Shown: in pieces, positions 33,262 through 35,792 of the stretch
Numbering within the stretch: the stretch's first letter is position 1
Layout of the letters: each line of letters opens with the position of its first letter
IMG/VR virus record: IMGVR_UViG_3300043414_000175
Coordinates: 1 to 35,792 of that record
Length of the DNA stretch: 35,792 bases
Direction: 5' to 3' (one strand)
Source: a virus
Lineage: Duplodnaviria > Caudoviricetes
Program-made: the position numbers and the translations under genes
The notes under the pieces: generated by a model
The model's input: only the letters and a program-made list of their open reading frames with translations
The model's database searches: none
Told to the model about the DNA's origin: nothing

Positions 33262-35381
33262 TGTCTGAATTTTCCATTGAAGCCTTAGATGCTGCTGCCC
33301 GTGGCATTTCTGGCAAATCTCAGCCTGTTGAGCCTAACCAAAAAAAGAAACTGTTTGGTCAAAACGTTTCTGATATGCAACCAACTTTGCAAGCAGAACA
33401 AGATGCGCCAATGCCAGCGCAACCGCAAAACAGTTTTTCATTTGACATGAAGAATTTGGACAAGCAGGCATATCAAATTGCTTCTGGTCAAATTAAAGCA
33501 CCTAAAAGTGGCACATCTTCTTTAGCAACATTTGGTCAAGGATTGGCTTCTTTAGCTGACACCACAATTGGCGGTGTAATTCCTGCTGTTGCTGGTGCGG
33601 CAACTTATGCAGGCGCAAGGGCTGCACAACAAACTCCAGAACAAGCACAAGCCTTGCAACAAAAAGTTGCTGGATGGGTAGATAAACCTTTTGGCAAAAT
33701 GGCTCGCGTTACTGAAACTGCTGGCTACAAAAACGAAGCATCACAAAAGTTGATGGAATACATTGGTCAACACGTTGGTGAAGGCGCTGAGGCAATTTCT
33801 AAAAAATTAGGAATACCAGCAGCTGACATTGAAAATATGATTGGCACTTTAACAATGGCTGGTGCGCCAAGTGCAGCAAAAGTTGGCGGGGCAATTAAAA
33901 AAGGCGTTTTTGCAGCAGATCAGGCGCTTGTTAACGAGGCACAAATGCTTGGCGGTGCAGCAAAAGATGCCACAAAGCCAATGCAAGATGCGTTTGAAAA
34001 AGTTAAAAACAAGTTGCCAACTGTGCGCATGGAAAAAGCACCAGCAGAAACCATGAAAGGCATGGGCGCTGCTGAAGTTGATGCGGCTCGTTTGCGTCAA
34101 GAACGTGGCAACGAGTTGTTAATTCCTATGGGTGATGACTTAACTAAAAGTCAAATTACTCGGAATCCAGCAGATGTTATGTTTGAACGCGAGACTGCAA
34201 AAAGTCCCGAGTTTGGCGCACCGTTGCAAGAAAAATACGCATTACATAACGAAAAGTTACAACGCAATTTGCAGGCTGAGGTTGAACAAACTGGCGCACA
34301 AATGGTTGGTATGGATGCGCCTGATTTTGGAAAAGTTGTTTCAGACACAGTTGGTAAATACAAAAATGAACGTTATCAAGATGTTTCTAATACGTACAAA
34401 GCAGCGCAAGAGGCTGGAGAAACAGCACAACCTGTGTCTTACAAAGGAATTAACGATTTAATTTTAAAAGAAACACAAGGCCGTCCAACTAAAAAAGCAC
34501 AAAACCCGCTTTACGCTATTGTTGAGGAAGAACTTAAAGCCAACGACCCGCAAGGAAACGGCTTAATTCCAATCAATGCAATGGAGGACATTCGTAAATT
34601 AATTAATGAAGAAGCAGACCCTGCCAAAAAAGGTAGTGTTCGCCTTGGGAAACAACTTAAAAACGAAATTGATAAAGCAACAGAAAATGCTGGCGGCGAC
34701 CTTTACAAAGAAGCTAGAGCAAAAAATCGTGCTTTTGAGGCAGAGTTTCAAGATCAAGGCATTATTCGTGACATTACTCGACTGAAAAAGGGCACAAGTG
34801 ACCGTGTTGTACCTTTGGAAAATCTTGCCGATAAATTGGTTTTTAAAGGAACTGGCGCTGACGTTAAAACTGTTTTTGCAACATTAGAAAAAATGGGGCC
34901 AGATGGTCAGCAAATCGCAAATGAATTGCGTGGTTACGCTGCAGACAAAATTAAAGAACAAGCCACAAAAGGTGTTGGTCGTGACATTAACGGCAAACCC
35001 TATGTTTCAACGGCTGAACTTGACAAGCAAATTAACGCACTTGATAAAAGTGGAAAATTAGATTTCTTGTTTGGTAAACAACAAGCTGAACGTTACCGAA
35101 CATTAAATGAATTTACAAAAGATTTGCAAACAACACCGCAAGGAACTGTAAACAATTCTGGTACAACATCAACAATGCTTGCCGCGCTTGGTGAAATGGC
35201 GTTAACTGGTTTTGCTACTGGCGTTCCTGCACCAGTTACTACGATTGCAACTTACGGCGCAAAAAAGTATCGTGCAAACCAAAAGATGAAAAAAGTGCAA
35301 GAGTACGCAAATCCAAAAGGCACACTTGCAGATATGCACCCTACACGCATTGAATTAAACGGCATGGCTAACAAGGAATAA
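33261..35381 (+). CDS. DNA ejection protein, gp16 position
   Basis: 706-aa helical protein ending in VNNSGT plus hydrophobic segment. Confidence 0.65.
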   Translation: MSEFSIEALDAAARGISGKSQPVEPNQKKKLFGQNVSDMQPTLQAEQDAPMPAQPQNSFSFDMKNLDKQAYQIASGQIKAPKSGTSSLATFGQGLASLADTTIGGVIPAVAGAATYAGARAAQQTPEQAQALQQKVAGWVDKPFGKMARVTETAGYKNEASQKLMEYIGQHVGEGAEAISKKLGIPAADIENMIGTLTMAGAPSAAKVGGAIKKGVFAADQALVNEAQMLGGAAKDATKPMQDAFEKVKNKLPTVRMEKAPAETMKGMGAAEVDAARLRQERGNELLIPMGDDLTKSQITRNPADVMFERETAKSPEFGAPLQEKYALHNEKLQRNLQAEVEQTGAQMVGMDAPDFGKVVSDTVGKYKNERYQDVSNTYKAAQEAGETAQPVSYKGINDLILKETQGRPTKKAQNPLYAIVEEELKANDPQGNGLIPINAMEDIRKLINEEADPAKKGSVRLGKQLKNEIDKATENAGGDLYKEARAKNRAFEAEFQDQGIIRDITRLKKGTSDRVVPLENLADKLVFKGTGADVKTVFATLEKMGPDGQQIANELRGYAADKIKEQATKGVGRDINGKPYVSTAELDKQINALDKSGKLDFLFGKQQAERYRTLNEFTKDLQTTPQGTVNNSGTTSTMLAALGEMALTGFATGVPAPVTTIATYGAKKYRANQKMKKVQEYANPKGTLADMHPTRIELNGMANKE

Positions 35382-35383
35382 AA

Positions 35384-35792
35384 ATGGCAGTCAATCTATC
35401 CCCTATTGGTAACGGATTTCAGTTCTTTACCACCACAGGCGTACCGCTTGCTGGCGGCTTCTTGTATTCGTACCAAGCTGGTTCTACAACTCCAGCGACT
35501 ACTTACACGGATTCTGCTGGCACGATTGCCAACACTAACCCTATTCAGTTAGGCACAGACGGTCGCCCACCTGCTGAGATTTGGTTTACCGCTGGTTCTA
35601 CTTACAAGTTTGTTTTGACTGATTCCGCTAACGTAGTGATTCAGACTTACGACAACCTTTACGGCATCATTGGTACGACACCAAGCGTGTCTGCTGTTCC
35701 TGCTGGCGGCATCATCATGTGGTCAGGCTCAATTGGTTCTATTCCTTCTGGCTATGTTCTTTGCGATGGAACAAACGGAACGCCTAACCTGA
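35384..35792 (+). CDS. Head-binding-like domain + tail collar domain protein (truncated by window end)
   Basis: MAVNLSPIGNGFQFF...GVPLAGG..Y.YQAGSTTPATTYTD...NTNPI...IIMWSG...IPSGYVLCDGTNGTPNL; AAGGA Shine-Dalgarno. Confidence 0.8.
   Translation, partial: MAVNLSPIGNGFQFFTTTGVPLAGGFLYSYQAGSTTPATTYTDSAGTIANTNPIQLGTDGRPPAEIWFTAGSTYKFVLTDSANVVIQTYDNLYGIIGTTPSVSAVPAGGIIMWSGSIGSIPSGYVLCDGTNGTPNL

Noticed and set aside
35780-35792. Exact circular closure of the two ends
   Set aside because: Direct joining shifts the frame of the collar gene, and no terminal repeat is visible, so some bases are missing.
1-35792. Alternative genetic code or stop-codon reassignment
   Set aside because: All hallmark genes are full length under the standard bacterial code and the only tRNA is not a suppressor.

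Overview
The window is an almost complete, circularly permuted ~35.8 kb genome of a P22-like podovirus (Caudoviricetes). The ORF running off the right end (35384-35792) resumes at position 2, with an inferred small gap. Gene order: lysis cassette (putative holins, GH19 endolysin); leftward early operon (ERF recombinase, exonuclease, SSB-like protein, HTH protein); divergent promoters with a Cro-like gene; MazG-like protein; DUF1376 replication initiator with internal iterons; methyltransferase / PAPS-reductase-like / C5-methyltransferase trio; nin-like accessory region; GroES; a chimeric ADP-ribosyltransferase-like gene; terS, tRNA-Thr(UGU), GIY-YIG nuclease, terL; portal, scaffold, coat; decoration and fibre genes; a second GIY-YIG nuclease; gp4/gp10-like tail genes; three ejection proteins. 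No integrase, CI repressor, helicase or polymerase was recognised. The most interesting signals are: (i) a GC-normal carrier fused to an AT-rich ART-like domain just upstream of terS; (ii) a tRNA + GIY-YIG + swapped terL N-terminus block whose tRNA overlaps the terS stop codon; (iii) a second GIY-YIG gene that appears to have captured its neighbour's old C-terminus; (iv) several candidate structured RNAs; (v) the DNA-modification trio together with apparent CCGG/GATC avoidance. All protein calls come from motif recognition and synteny, not database searches.
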